Positions 35,496 to 46,000 of a DNA stretch of 64,000 nt are shown one piece after another. The notes under the pieces are model-generated. The model was not told the origin of the DNA. It ran no database searches and saw nothing but the letters and a program-made list of their open reading frames with translations. Origin of the DNA: an uncultured Acidobacteriaceae bacterium. Lineage in GTDB: Bacteria; Acidobacteriota; Terriglobia; Terriglobales; Acidobacteriaceae. The first letter of the stretch is position 1; each line of letters begins with the position of its first letter. The DNA lies in the NCBI GenBank assembly GCA_963788415.1, contig CAWBHO010000108.1:4887-68886 (forward strand), in the 5' to 3' direction. The translations under genes were made by a program, and so were the position numbers.

Positions 35496-35631
35496 CTCAT
35501 CACTCTAGTGCATTTTCAGGTTGCGAGTTGAAAACGCCGTTCCATAGGAAGCGGTCTCACAGTATCAATGCCTCCCAAGCAGACCGGAACGCATTGCCAA
35601 CCCAAACAAATCTCTTCTACTCTAAGGAATC

Positions 35632-36516
35632 ATGGAAATGGAGCCGGGCGACGTCGAGAAACTGGCTCGTCAGTTGCGCAAAGCGCTGAAGAACCTTCCC
35701 AGAGACCTGCCCGCTGAAGATGTTCACAGGCTGCGGACCGGGGCGCGCCGCCTGGAAGCGGTCGTCGGGGCGCTCAGGCTGGACCGGAACAAATCTGTGC
35801 GGCTGACGCTGAAGGCCATCAAAGCCATGCGCAAGGCGGCCGGCGAGGTGCGCGATGTGGACGTGCTGACCGCGATGGCCCGCGCCCTCTGCGAGCGCCA
35901 GGGCGATTCCGCGGACCGCTTGCTCCTTCATCTGGCCGATCTGCGCAGGCAGAGAGCGCAGATGCTTCTGGATACGATTGCCAGACGGCGCAAGGATGCC
36001 CGTCGCGGCCTGAGCCGCTTCTCAAGGCAAATGGGCAAGCGGCCAGGCGGAAAGTGCTCGAGCGCGGCAGCCGAGGCCATCCGAGTGTGCACGGTGGGGG
36101 ACCGGCCGCTGAGACTCATTGCCGAGTTGCAGGGCTGGCCCGAGTTCAACGCGGAAAATCTCCACTCGTTTCGCATCCGAATCAAGGAGTTGCGCTACGT
36201 CCTGCAACTGCCTCAGGATACCGACCCGGAATTGCTGACCGCTTTGGGCAGAGCCAAGGACAAGATTGGCGATTGGCACGACTGGCAGCAGATGGCCAAT
36301 TTCGCGAGAAAAACCATCCGGTCTCCAGAGGATCGGGCCGCGCTCGAGAAGATCGAAAAGATCGAATCGAAGAAGTTCAAACAATCAATCGCGGCGGCCA
36401 ATGCGCTGCGATCGCATTTCCTCACCTGCCGGTTGCAGACCGCAGGCGGAGAACCGTCCACCGGACGCGAAGAGCCAACGGTACGTTCTGAGCAAACGAT
36501 TTCTGATCGTCTCTAG
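35632..36516 (+). CDS. CHAD domain protein
   Basis: EDVHRLRTGARRL, AGEVRDVDV, LHSFRIRIKELRY, IGDWHD. Confidence 0.85.
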   Translation: MEMEPGDVEKLARQLRKALKNLPRDLPAEDVHRLRTGARRLEAVVGALRLDRNKSVRLTLKAIKAMRKAAGEVRDVDVLTAMARALCERQGDSADRLLLHLADLRRQRAQMLLDTIARRRKDARRGLSRFSRQMGKRPGGKCSSAAAEAIRVCTVGDRPLRLIAELQGWPEFNAENLHSFRIRIKELRYVLQLPQDTDPELLTALGRAKDKIGDWHDWQQMANFARKTIRSPEDRAALEKIEKIESKKFKQSIAAANALRSHFLTCRLQTAGGEPSTGREEPTVRSEQTISDRL

Positions 36517-36627
36517 AGCGGTTTCGATTCAAGTGTTGCCATTTGAAGATCATGCGAGGGGCATTCTCTCGGGAAAAATGCCCTCTGCGTCTACGTTTCT
36601 GTAAACAGCAGAATCGAAACCGCTGTA
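36514..36627. mobile_element. MITE-like element (114 bp)
   Basis: TIR TAGAGCGGTTTCGATTC / GAATCGAAACCGCTGTA (16/17); internal hairpin. Confidence 0.7.
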
Positions 36628-36708
36628 TCTGCGCCCTCGAACGCAGAAACCGGAATTTTCCCCTCGCGCCCGCCTCTTCAACCCGTGCCCGGCCTCTTGG
36701 GGCCGGGG

Positions 36709-37350
36709 TCAATGTGTGCTGCCGCCCTGCTGCTGCACCAGCGACAGAAATTCCTGCCGCGTCTCTTTCTGGCGGAAGCAGCCCACCATGGCCGAGGTGA
36801 CGGTCGAAGAGTGCTGTTTTTCGATGCCGCGCATCATCATGCACAGGTGGCGCGCCTCGATGACCACCCCCACTCCTTGCGGAGAAATCGCTTCCTGGAT
36901 GGCGTCGGCAATCTGGCGCGTCAGCCGCTCCTGAATCTGGAGCCGCCGCGCAAACACCTCCACAAGACGGGGAATCTTGCTCAGCCCGATAACCTTGCCG
37001 CTGGGAATATAGGCCACATGCACTTTGCCGAAAAACGGCAGCATGTGATGCTCGCAGAGCGAGAACATTTCGATGTCCTTGACGATGACCATCTCGTCGT
37101 AGTCCTCGGCAAAGAGCGCGCCGCGCAGAATCTTGGCCGCATCCTCGTCGTAGCCTTTGGTCAGGAAGGCCATCGACTTTTCGACGCGTGAGGGCGTGGA
37201 GCGCAGCCCCTCGCGGCCGGGGTTCTCGCCCAGGCGGCCCAGAATCTCGCGATACATCTCCTCGGTGCTGAACTCGCCCAGGCCTTCGTCCACTCCCGCC
37301 GTCCGGCGAACGGTCTTGCTCACTGCCATTGGCTGCGCCATGCTTTTCAT
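36709..37350 (-). CDS. folE: GTP cyclohydrolase I
   Basis: [35 protein letters not shown]. Confidence 0.95.
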   Translation of the reverse strand: MKSMAQPMAVSKTVRRTAGVDEGLGEFSTEEMYREILGRLGENPGREGLRSTPSRVEKSMAFLTKGYDEDAAKILRGALFAEDYDEMVIVKDIEMFSLCEHHMLPFFGKVHVAYIPSGKVIGLSKIPRLVEVFARRLQIQERLTRQIADAIQEAISPQGVGVVIEARHLCMMMRGIEKQHSSTVTSAMVGCFRQKETRQEFLSLVQQQGGSTH

Positions 37351-37503
37351 CCCTCCCGCCCTGGGGAATAGGGCGTACTCCCGCTGTTGATCGATCTCTT
37401 TCATCCCGGGTCATTCCGGGCAGAGCAACGAAACGACGCTCACGCCGAACGGAGTTTGACGCCTGGTTTGCGCCAAACCTGGCAAAAAATACCCGCGGCG
37501 CCT

Positions 37504-37926
37504 TCACTCGCCGTAAAATTCGAAAAAATTGTTCTCCGTCTCTTCGACGCGCACCCGCTCCAGTTCGCCCGCCTCCAGCTCGTCCTTCAACAATTCAAAA
37601 ATCTCTCTACAAAGATTCTCCGTCGTCGGCGCCCGATTCACAAAGAGCGGATCGAGATTCAGATTCATGTGGTCAAAGCGGTCCAACACTTTTGTGCGCA
37701 CCACTCCATCGAGCGCGGCCATGTTGATCACCATGCCGGTCTCTGGGTCGACCGCTCCGGCCACCACAACCTCCACGGCATAGTTGTGCCCGTGGCCGTG
37801 AGGGTTGTTGCACTTGCCGTAGACGGCACGGTTTGCTTCCGCCGAGAGCGCCTCGGAGTGCAGCCGGTGGCTGGCGCTGATGGCATAGCGGCGGCCGAAG
37901 CAGGCGTGGCTGGCTTGGGCCGTCAT
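37504..37926 (-). CDS. 6-pyruvoyl-tetrahydropterin synthase family protein
   Basis: SASHRL, CNNPHGHGHNY, TGMV, DHMNLN, TTENL. Confidence 0.9.
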   Translation of the reverse strand: MTAQASHACFGRRYAISASHRLHSEALSAEANRAVYGKCNNPHGHGHNYAVEVVVAGAVDPETGMVINMAALDGVVRTKVLDRFDHMNLNLDPLFVNRAPTTENLCREIFELLKDELEAGELERVRVEETENNFFEFYGE

Positions 37927-38357
37927 GCGTGGCCTCGATACTCCGCGAAAATCTCCGGCGTCTCGTAGATCCTCACCCGGCTCAGGCGCGCGCCACCGGC
38001 TTCGAGAATCGACGGCTCCAGCCGCTTCCAGGCCGCAATGGCGAGGTTCTCCGTGGTCGGAATCGTTGCCTCAAGCTCTGTCGCGGCGAACTCAGGCGCT
38101 TCCAGGTTCAGATGGCGGTGGTCCCAGGCGTCGATCACCTGGCGCTCGATGATGGCCTTCAGCCATTTCAAATCGACGACAAAGCCAGTCACCGTATCCA
38201 CTTCGCCCTCGACCGTGACCTCGAGCGTGTAGTTATGTCCGTGGCCATTGCGATTGGCGCAACGGCCGAAAGTCTGCCGGTTCCGCTCTTCGTCCCACGC
38301 CGGGTTCCAGTAGTAGTGCGAGGCGGAAAAGGTGGCCCGCCGCGTCAGATAGATCAT
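37923..38357 (-). CDS. 6-pyruvoyl-tetrahydropterin synthase family protein, second paralogue
   Basis: FSASH, CANRNGHGHNY, DHRHLN, PTTENL; ATGA overlap with next gene. Confidence 0.9.
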   Translation of the reverse strand: MIYLTRRATFSASHYYWNPAWDEERNRQTFGRCANRNGHGHNYTLEVTVEGEVDTVTGFVVDLKWLKAIIERQVIDAWDHRHLNLEAPEFAATELEATIPTTENLAIAAWKRLEPSILEAGGARLSRVRIYETPEIFAEYRGHA

Positions 38358-38510
38358 TCCGCCTCCCTGAGGGATAGATGCCATAGACCCCGCCGAGGAA
38401 TCCAATATTCGCGCAGATTGTTATCTATATCGCTCAACACTACCCGGACGGTGGCGTCGATTGAGCGAACAGGACGTAAATCACTCAAAATAAAGTGATG
38501 CATTTTCTGC

Positions 38511-38539
38511 TTGACACTGGGAGCGCTCTTCTATAGAAT
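38511..38539 (+). promoter_or_regulatory. Near-consensus sigma70 promoter with no downstream sense ORF
   Basis: TTGACA-N17-TAGAAT. Confidence 0.7.
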
Positions 38540-38545
38540 TTTCTC

Positions 38546-38643
38546 GGAAGGGTTGAGGTCTGGAAAGAATACGCTACCCAGGCAAATATATCCTTCCCGG
38601 ATACATTGAAAGGGTCACTCTTCGAGTGGCCCTTTCGCTTTCT
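38546..38643 (+). ncRNA. Candidate ~95-nt structured small RNA
   Basis: Begins 7 nt after the -10 box; 38546-53 pairs with 38590-97, 38558-63 with 38578-83; ends in hairpin 38608-38636. Confidence 0.45.
38608..38643. terminator. Terminator-like hairpin
   Basis: GAAAGGGTCACTC-TTC-GAGTGGCCCTTTC then GCTTTCT. Confidence 0.6.
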
Positions 38644-39078
38644 GGAGCCCCGGCCTGCCATCGCCTCTCGGAATGACTGAAAATAGATCCGCATACGGGA
38701 ACCGCTCGTGCATTCAAAAACCGCTTCGTCGTTGACCAAGTTTCCGTTGTGATCCATTCTCTTGGTGGGATTGCGCAGGACAGACGAAGAAGCTGAAAAA
38801 TTGACCACGGAGGCTTCCGAAAAAGCACTTTCGATCTGCTCAAGGACCTGGTCGATCGTATAACCGTTCCTGACGCATCTGCTCCTGTACAGATGCGCTC
38901 CATGAAAAACAATCTCAGGAAGCAGCGCTTGAAAGTCGCTTGAGGCGCGGGCTTCGTTGATTAACGCGAGTTGCTTTGCTGTGAAGAAGCCTATCTTCAC
39001 AGCCTTAGGTCTCTGGCCAGATTGCGCCAAGAGGAGATTCCGGCGAATTTTCCTGAGTCCATCGGCAAACAGCGGCAA
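38615..39078 (-). CDS. Orphan lower-GC protein (~150 aa if a 1-nt indel near 38705 is corrected)
   Basis: ORF 38485-39078; alternative frame RFPYADLFSVIPRGDG...EE* stops inside the hairpin. Confidence 0.6.
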
Positions 39079-39109
39079 AGTGAAACCATCTTAGCTGAAA
39101 ACCCCAACA

Positions 39110-40309
39110 TCATCCTGCGTACTCCCTGCCCTTCCAGATTACGCGCTTCAGAATGCGGTGCTGGAACCAGCTGCGGTAAAGCAGCGCGACGAACAAAGGC
39201 AGGCCCAGCGGCGCCAGAAGGCAATCGGCGAAGGGAAAGTTGCTCTTGGCCACGCGCGCATAGAAGCGGACGAGCGTGCGCACCCACAGCAGAGCGAGCA
39301 CCCAGCCCGCGCCCAGCCATTCGAGCGAATGCACCGCAAAGCGGGCGTTCCACAGCCAGACGGCCAGCACCGGCAAGCCGGCCAGCAGGAAAATGTCGAT
39401 CGCCCGCCACACCGCCAGCGCCAGGCAGTTGTCAAACAGCAGCGCCAGGTTCTTGGTCCAGCCCTCGATCATGGCCGCCGTCGAGCGGTACATGCGCGTG
39501 GAGAGCGCGTCGTCGGCGTAGCGGAAACGCAGGCCCAGCTTGCGCCGCTTGGCCATGAAGGCCAGTTCCACGTCTTCGAGAACTTTGTCGCTGACCGCCG
39601 CGTGGCCGCCTATCTTCCGGTAGGCCTCGCGCTCGACGAGCAGAAACTGCCCGTTGGCCGCGGCGATGCGCTGGCTGGGATCGGAAACCTTGGCCGGCGG
39701 ATAAGCCAGCGACAGTTCGCAGAAAACCAGCGGCATGAGCGACCGCTGCCAAATCCCGCTCACGATCTGGCGCGGCGAATAGCTCAGCACGCCCACCTTG
39801 TGACGGGCGGCCTCGTGCAGCGCGCGGCCCAGATCTCCCGGCTCGTGCACGGTGTCGGCGTCGGTGAACAGCAGCCATCGTCCCCGCGCCCGCCGGGCCG
39901 CCGTCCAGAGCGCATGATTCTTTCCGGTCCAGCCTTTTTTCAGCTCGGGGGCCGCGAGCACCGTGACCCCGCGAAAGCCGCTGGCAATCTCGGCCGTCCG
40001 GTCCGTCGAGTGGTCATCCACCACGATCAATTCCCAGTCGCGGCCCAGCTTGAAGACCTCATCGGACTGGCTCACGAGCGATTGCAGGCAGGCGGCAAGG
40101 CAATCTTCCTCGTTGCGCGCCGGGACGATGACAGTCAGCTCCAGCAACTCACCCGGCTCCGGCTCGGGCTGGGCGAAAACCGCTCCTGAGATCGGTCCAG
40201 GCCCCGCTCCACCGCCTTCGCGCCCCCCAGCCGGGAGTTCGGGAAGCCCGAGCACCGGACTCAATCCGCCTTCTTCAACCGTGTTTTCCGGCTCCTTTTC
40301 GTTCTCCAT
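39110..40309 (-). CDS. Glycosyltransferase family 2, membrane-bound
   Basis: VIVPARNEE, VVDDHSTD, GWTGKNHA, LFTDAD, ANGQFLL, LEDV, C-terminal TM helices. Confidence 0.9.
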   Translation of the reverse strand: MENEKEPENTVEEGGLSPVLGLPELPAGGREGGGAGPGPISGAVFAQPEPEPGELLELTVIVPARNEEDCLAACLQSLVSQSDEVFKLGRDWELIVVDDHSTDRTAEIASGFRGVTVLAAPELKKGWTGKNHALWTAARRARGRWLLFTDADTVHEPGDLGRALHEAARHKVGVLSYSPRQIVSGIWQRSLMPLVFCELSLAYPPAKVSDPSQRIAAANGQFLLVEREAYRKIGGHAAVSDKVLEDVELAFMAKRRKLGLRFRYADDALSTRMYRSTAAMIEGWTKNLALLFDNCLALAVWRAIDIFLLAGLPVLAVWLWNARFAVHSLEWLGAGWVLALLWVRTLVRFYARVAKSNFPFADCLLAPLGLPLFVALLYRSWFQHRILKRVIWKGREYAG

Positions 40310-40356
40310 CGATCCCCGCCCTTTGCTCCGGCCCTTTCGCTCCGTATTATAGAGAG

Positions 40357-40848
40357 GTGCGGCTGCCTCGGTTTTTCTCGCTCATATTCCTCGCGCTCCT
40401 GGTCTTCACCGCCGGCTGCGATCGCGGTGCACACCCGGCGCAGACCGGCAACCGGGCTCCGGACTTCACCGTCTCGGACGGCAGTTCCACCATCCATCTG
40501 GCCGGCTACCGGGGCCGTGTGGTGCTGCTCAATTTCTGGGCCACATGGTGCGGGCCGTGTGTCGAAGAGATGCCTTCGCTGCTCGAACTGCACCACGAGA
40601 TGCCCAGCCTGGTCATCCTGGCCGTCAGCATTGACCAGGACCCAGAGGCCTACAGCCGCTTCATCGCGCTTCATCGCGTGGACCTGATTACCGTGCGCGA
40701 CCCCGCCCAGAAAGCTGCCAGCCTCTACCACACCGACATGTGGCCGGAGACCTATCTCATCGACCGCAAGGGCATCATCCGTGGCAAATACGTCGGCCCG
40801 CAGGACTGGACCAGCCCGGAGATTCGCGCGTATCTGAAAAGTTTCTAG
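40357..40848 (+). CDS. TlpA-like thiol-disulfide oxidoreductase lipoprotein
   Basis: Lipobox TAGC, LNFWATWCGPCVEEMP, PETYLIDR. Confidence 0.92.
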   Translation: MRLPRFFSLIFLALLVFTAGCDRGAHPAQTGNRAPDFTVSDGSSTIHLAGYRGRVVLLNFWATWCGPCVEEMPSLLELHHEMPSLVILAVSIDQDPEAYSRFIALHRVDLITVRDPAQKAASLYHTDMWPETYLIDRKGIIRGKYVGPQDWTSPEIRAYLKSF

Positions 40849-40869
40849 ACTCCTGCTATCATTTTCCCC

Positions 40870-41145
40870 ATGACCACGGTGGAGATTGTCTTTCGCTATG
40901 CCACGCCGCCCACGGATGCTGTGACCCGCGCTCTGGCCGATACCCGCGAGGTGTACGGCATACGCCGGCTCGACTTCGACCCCGCCGCACGCACCCTGCG
41001 CGTGGAGTATGACGCCACCCGGCTGAACGCCTCAGCCGTCGCCAAACTGGTTCGCCAGGCGGGTCTGGAGATCGATTCGGAAGCCGATCAAAGTGCGGCC
41101 GCGATTCCGCCGCCATCGGCCCCGGAGCAGGCGCCGGCGGCCTGA
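40870..41145 (+). CDS. Small hypothetical protein
   Basis: 91-aa ORF, GC-rich codon usage, RVEYDATRL. Confidence 0.7.
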   Translation: MTTVEIVFRYATPPTDAVTRALADTREVYGIRRLDFDPAARTLRVEYDATRLNASAVAKLVRQAGLEIDSEADQSAAAIPPPSAPEQAPAA

Positions 41146-41155
41146 AATGCGCGCA

Positions 41156-41184
41156 TTGCGCCGCCGGATAATCCCTGTTATTCT
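41156..41184 (+). promoter_or_regulatory. Putative promoter of tRNA-Arg
   Basis: TTGCGC-N17-TATTCT with TG extension. Confidence 0.5.
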
Positions 41185-41214
41185 GTTGATGGTTTCGCTA
41201 GAGACCACCTGTGT

Positions 41215-41291
41215 GCGCCCGTAGCTCAGCTGGATAGAGCGACTGACTACGAATCAGTAGGTCGGGAGTTCGAATCTCTCCGGGCGCACCA
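41215..41291 (+). tRNA. tRNA-Arg(ACG)
   Basis: GCGCCCG/CGGGCGC acceptor stem, CTGA-CTACGAA-TCAG anticodon arm, GTTCGAATC, CCA. Confidence 0.97.
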
Positions 41292-41622
41292 TTCTTTCCT
41301 CATTCTGTTGTTTTGCCTCGCACGCACCGACAGCGGCATAGACCGCGTACAAACAACAAGAGCCGCATCCCCTCCCCCTACGGCTCCCACTCCCGATGAA
41401 TTCAGCCCCGATCATAGCTAAAAGAGATTTTTGCCCGGTTTCGCCGTTCCGCACAGGTCATTGTTCATCGGATCGCCCTGTCAGGCGCGGCGCAGCCCAC
41501 GCGGCCAGCTCGCCTGCGGTTTCAGTTCCAGCGTTCCGGCCGCTTCGACCTCATTCCACTTGATCCCCGTCCCGCTTCGGCCTGGCAACGGCTATTTCGA
41601 GAGAATTTTGCGGTCAAAATGA

Positions 41623-41654
41623 GAAGAGCGAAGCGCATCTGCGCTTCGCTCTTC
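41623..41654 (-). terminator. Hairpin downstream of TonB gene
   Basis: GAAGAGCGAAGCGCA-TC-TGCGCTTCGCTCTTC perfect inverted repeat. Confidence 0.6.
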
Positions 41655-41677
41655 CCCGCTTGAGCCAACTTCAGCCC

Positions 41678-42700
41678 TCAAAACATGCGAAAATTGATCT
41701 CCACATTCTCCATGACGGGCACTGGCGTCTTGCCATCTTTCATGGCCGGCCTGAACCTGTACTGCATGATGGCCTTGATGGCGTTCTCGTCCAGCCCCAT
41801 GCCCAGCGCACGCACGACCCGCGGATTGTGCGGCATTCCATGCGCATCGATAATGATTTGGACTACGCAGACACCTTGGTATTTTGCCCGGCGGGCCTCG
41901 TCGGAAAACTCCGGATCGACGCTATGCAAAAGCACCGGGGCTGAGACGGGTCCGCCAATTCTGTACAATCCGCCGCCGTAGTTGCCGCCCGATCCCGCCC
42001 CGTACCCGTTTCCGTTGCCCGAGCCCAGCCCGCCACCATAGCCTGTTCCGATGCCGCTGCCGCCGCCCTGGCCGTTCGAGGCCAGCTTGACGTTGACCGA
42101 ATCCTTCATGCCCAGATTCGGCAGCATCGGATTGTCCGGCAGGGGGATGTCCTTCTGCACATTGATGGCCGCTTCCATGGCCAGCTTGGGCTTGTCCACG
42201 GTCTGCACCTGGGGCGCGACCACCGGAGCCTTCTCGATCTTGGGCAGCTTGCCCTTGCTGGCATCGACCGCGCTGTGGTCGCCGCCGCCTCCGCCGCCCC
42301 CGGCCGATAGAACCGCCTTGGGCGCTTTGTAGTCCCCAACATCGATGTTGGTCGAGATCATCGGAGGCTTCACGGTGTTGATGATCTTTCTGACACCCAG
42401 GAAGAGGAAAAAGAACAGAATCGTGAGATTGACGGCGGTGGAGATGCCAACGGCCCAGGGATTGCGCTTGACCGCCATCCGGTCCAGCACCGGAATCGGC
42501 TTCGAGGTCAGCTCAAGCGGGGGCAGCTTCGCGGGGAAAAATGCATCGCGGATGCTCTCGTAAAGCCCGGTCCAGATGGGCCTGTCCTCGACGGGGAAGG
42601 CGAAGTCGACCTCCAACTCGCGGTCTTCATGGCCGTCGCCCGTACCGGCCCCGGCGGCTTCGAGTTCCATCTCTGGTTGGATAAGCAGATCGTTTGCCAT
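41678..42700 (-). CDS. Energy transducer TonB
   Basis: TM segment, Gly-rich linker, DPEFSDEARRAKYQG, LGMGLDENAIKAI, YRFRPA. Confidence 0.9.
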   Translation of the reverse strand: MANDLLIQPEMELEAAGAGTGDGHEDRELEVDFAFPVEDRPIWTGLYESIRDAFFPAKLPPLELTSKPIPVLDRMAVKRNPWAVGISTAVNLTILFFFLFLGVRKIINTVKPPMISTNIDVGDYKAPKAVLSAGGGGGGGDHSAVDASKGKLPKIEKAPVVAPQVQTVDKPKLAMEAAINVQKDIPLPDNPMLPNLGMKDSVNVKLASNGQGGGSGIGTGYGGGLGSGNGNGYGAGSGGNYGGGLYRIGGPVSAPVLLHSVDPEFSDEARRAKYQGVCVVQIIIDAHGMPHNPRVVRALGMGLDENAIKAIMQYRFRPAMKDGKTPVPVMENVEINFRMF

Positions 42701-43042
42701 GTGTGCGGCTGGTTCTGTGGCTCCTGTATGCCTGGTTTCCCGTCCGGGCGGGGGATTGCCCTTCTCCAGGCCCGTTCTTCCATTATGCTTGACTTCGCCC
42801 GATTGTGTCTCGTCTGGAAGGCGCAAAAAATCCAGACTCTCATATTTTTCTCTGTCTGGGCTTTCCATAAACGATAGACGGAGAATCTGCCTGACCGTCA
42901 CCTCGAGATAAAGACCAAAGTCAGAAAGCGGCGCATTTTTCTCTTCGCGCGCCCGCCCAATGAATGACCTCCCGTTCATTTTTTCTTTCCTCGCCATTTA
43001 CACTAAGGAATGAACCATATCGAAGCATCCCAGGGAGAAACG

Positions 43043-46000
43043 ATGTCCCCAGCACCGGAGTTGAAGGCGACCCTTACCTTGCCGCAGACCACCTTTCCGA
43101 TGAAAGCGAATCTGCCGCAGAATGAACCGCTTCGCCTGGCCCGCTGGGCCGAGCTTGGACTGTATGCCGAGCTGCGCAAGGCTGGCGTGGGCCGCCCCTC
43201 GTACCTTCTGCATGACGGTCCGCCCTACGCCAACGGCCCCATCCATCTGGGCCACGCGCTCAACAAGGGGCTGAAGGATTTTGTAGTCAAATCGAAGACC
43301 ATGGCCGGCTTCGACGCCCCCTATGTGCCCGGATACGACTGTCATGGGCTGCCGATCGAGATCAAGGTGGACGAGCATCTGGGCCGCAAAAAGCTGGAGA
43401 TGCCGGTGCCGGAGGTTTTGGCCGCCTGCCGCGCCTACGCGCAGAAGTACGTGGACCTGCAAACCTCGCAGTTTGAGCGCATTGGGTGCATCGGCCGGTG
43501 GGACAAGCCCTATAAGACGATGTCCCGCGACTACGAGGCGCACACGCTCGAAGCCTTTTACGGCTTCCTCGAAAAGGGCTTCGTCTATCGCGGGCTGAAG
43601 CCGGTTTACTGGTGCATCCACGACCGCACTGCCCTGGCCGAAGCCGAGGTCGAGTACGCACAGCACGCCAGCCCCTCCATCTATGTGCGCTACCGGCTCA
43701 CCTCCGACCCGGCGGCGATCGACCCGGCCCTGGCCGGCAAGCAGGTTTCCACCATCATCTGGACCACCACCCCCTGGACGCTGCCGGCGTCGATGGCCGT
43801 GGCCTTCCATCCCGACTTCGAGTATGTGGCGTTGAAGGCTACCTCCGGCGATCCCTGCTGCCCAAAGACAGAGATTTACATCGTCGCGGCAGAGCTGGCT
43901 CCGAGCGTTGCCGCCGAATGCGAATTGAAGGAACTCCAAGAGCTGGCGCGCTTCAAAGGCAGCCAACTGGAGCGCGTCACCTTCCAGCATCCGTTCCTGG
44001 AGCGCAGCATTCTGGGCGTGCTGGCCACCTACGTCACCGCCGACACCGGCACCGGCGCTGTCCACACCGCGCCCGCTCACGGCGCCGACGATTTTTACAC
44101 CGGCGTTCGCTACGGGATCGACCCCATCTGCCGCGTCGACGGCTCCGGGCGCGTGCACGTGGACCCCGAAGCCTGGCCGCTGGCCGCGCCGCCGCCCTTT
44201 GAAGGCCTGAAGGTGTGGGCCGCCAATCCGGTCATCGTCGCCATGCTCGAAGAGTCAGGCGCCCTGTTGGGCCTGCGCGATCTGGAACACTCCTATCCCC
44301 ACTGCTGGCGCTGTCATCATCCGGTCATCTACCGCGCCACCGAGCAGTGGTTTATCGGCATGGAGACGCCGGTTCAGCGAGCCGACGGCTCGGAAACCAC
44401 CTTCCGCCAACAGGCTATCGAAGAGATCGACAAGGTGGTGTGGGATCCGGCCTGGGGCAAGGAACGCATCACCAACATGATCGCCACCCGGCCCGACTGG
44501 TGCATCAGCCGCCAGCGCATCTGGGGCGTGCCCATCGCCGTTTTCCTGTGCGAAGCCTGCCAGAAGCCGATTCTGGACGCGGAACTCAACCGCAGGATTG
44601 TGAAGTTGTTCGAGGAGCACGGTGCCGAGGCATGGCACACGACGGAAATCTCCGCGCTGCTGCCGGCGAACGCGCACTGCGCCCATTGCGGCGGCAAGGA
44701 TTTCCGCAAAGAGACCGACATTCTGGACGTGTGGTTCGACTCCGGCACAAGCTGGTTCGCCGTTTGCGAGTCGGACGAGGATTTAAGCGAGATCTACAAA
44801 GGCTTCCAAAACGAAAACGGCACGAAGTGCCTTTATTTGGAAGGCGGCGACCAGCATCGCGGCTGGTTTCACTCGTCTTTGCTGACCTCGGTGGCGCTGC
44901 GCGGACGCGCGCCGTATTCGCACGTCTCGACGGCCGGCTGGACGCTGGACGAGCAGGGCCGGGCGATGAGTAAATCGCTGGGCAACGGCGTCGATCCGGT
45001 GGACATCGCCAACCGCCTGGGCGGCGAAATCGTCCGCCTGTGGGTGGCCTCCATTGATTTCAGGGAGGACATGGCGGCCAGCGAAAACCTGATGCAGCGC
45101 TGCGCGGAAATCTATCGCAAGCTGCGCAACACCTTCCGCTTTCTGCTGGGCAATTTGAACGGCTTTGATCCAGCTCATGCTGTGGCGGAATCGAAGTTAC
45201 TTCCGCTCGACCGTTATATGCTGGCCCGCACGCGCGAGCTGACGGAGAATATTCTCGACTGGTATGAGCGCTTCGAGTTCCATCGCGTTTACCACGCGGT
45301 GAACGACTTCGCCGTGATCGACTTGAGCAACTTTTATCTCGACGTGCTCAAAGACCGCATGTACACCTTTGCGCCGACCAGCCACGAACGCCGCTCGGCA
45401 CAGACAGTTCTGTGGCGGATTGCGGAGACTTTAGTCCGCCTGGTCGCGCCCATCCTGAGCTTCACCGCCGACGAGGTTTGGGAGCATTTGCCCGCCGTCG
45501 AAAGCCGCGAAAAGAGCGTGCATCTGGCGCTGTTTCCCAAGCCGGAAGAGATTTTCAGCGAAAATCCCGTTTACTTAATTAACGAATGGAAGATTCTTTT
45601 TGCCTTGCGTAACGCTGTACTCCGCGCTATAGAGGAATCTCGGCAAAATAAGAGCGTAGGAAAAAGTCTGGATGTTGACCTGCATTTCTATGCTGACGAT
45701 GTAATGTATGATCTTTTCCGCAAGAATGGCTGGAATCTAGCGGAGTTTTTGAAGGAGTCTTTTAATGTGTCGAAAGTTTTTATACACATGGCACACGGCT
45801 CGCTTCTGAACAATCTAGAACAGTTAGCCAATCCGCCACAAGGCACGGAGTTTCTAACAAATATTGCAGGATTGAGAGCCTTTGTTATCCCCGCCACCGG
45901 CCACAAATGCGCCCGCTGCTGGAACTTTATGCCTGAAGTCAGCAACTACGGCATCTGGGAAAACGTCTGCACCCGCTGCCAGGAGGCGCTCAAGGAGATG

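Noticed and set aside
38358-38480. preQ1 riboswitch upstream of the PTPS genes
   Set aside because: No recognisable hairpin plus A-rich tail
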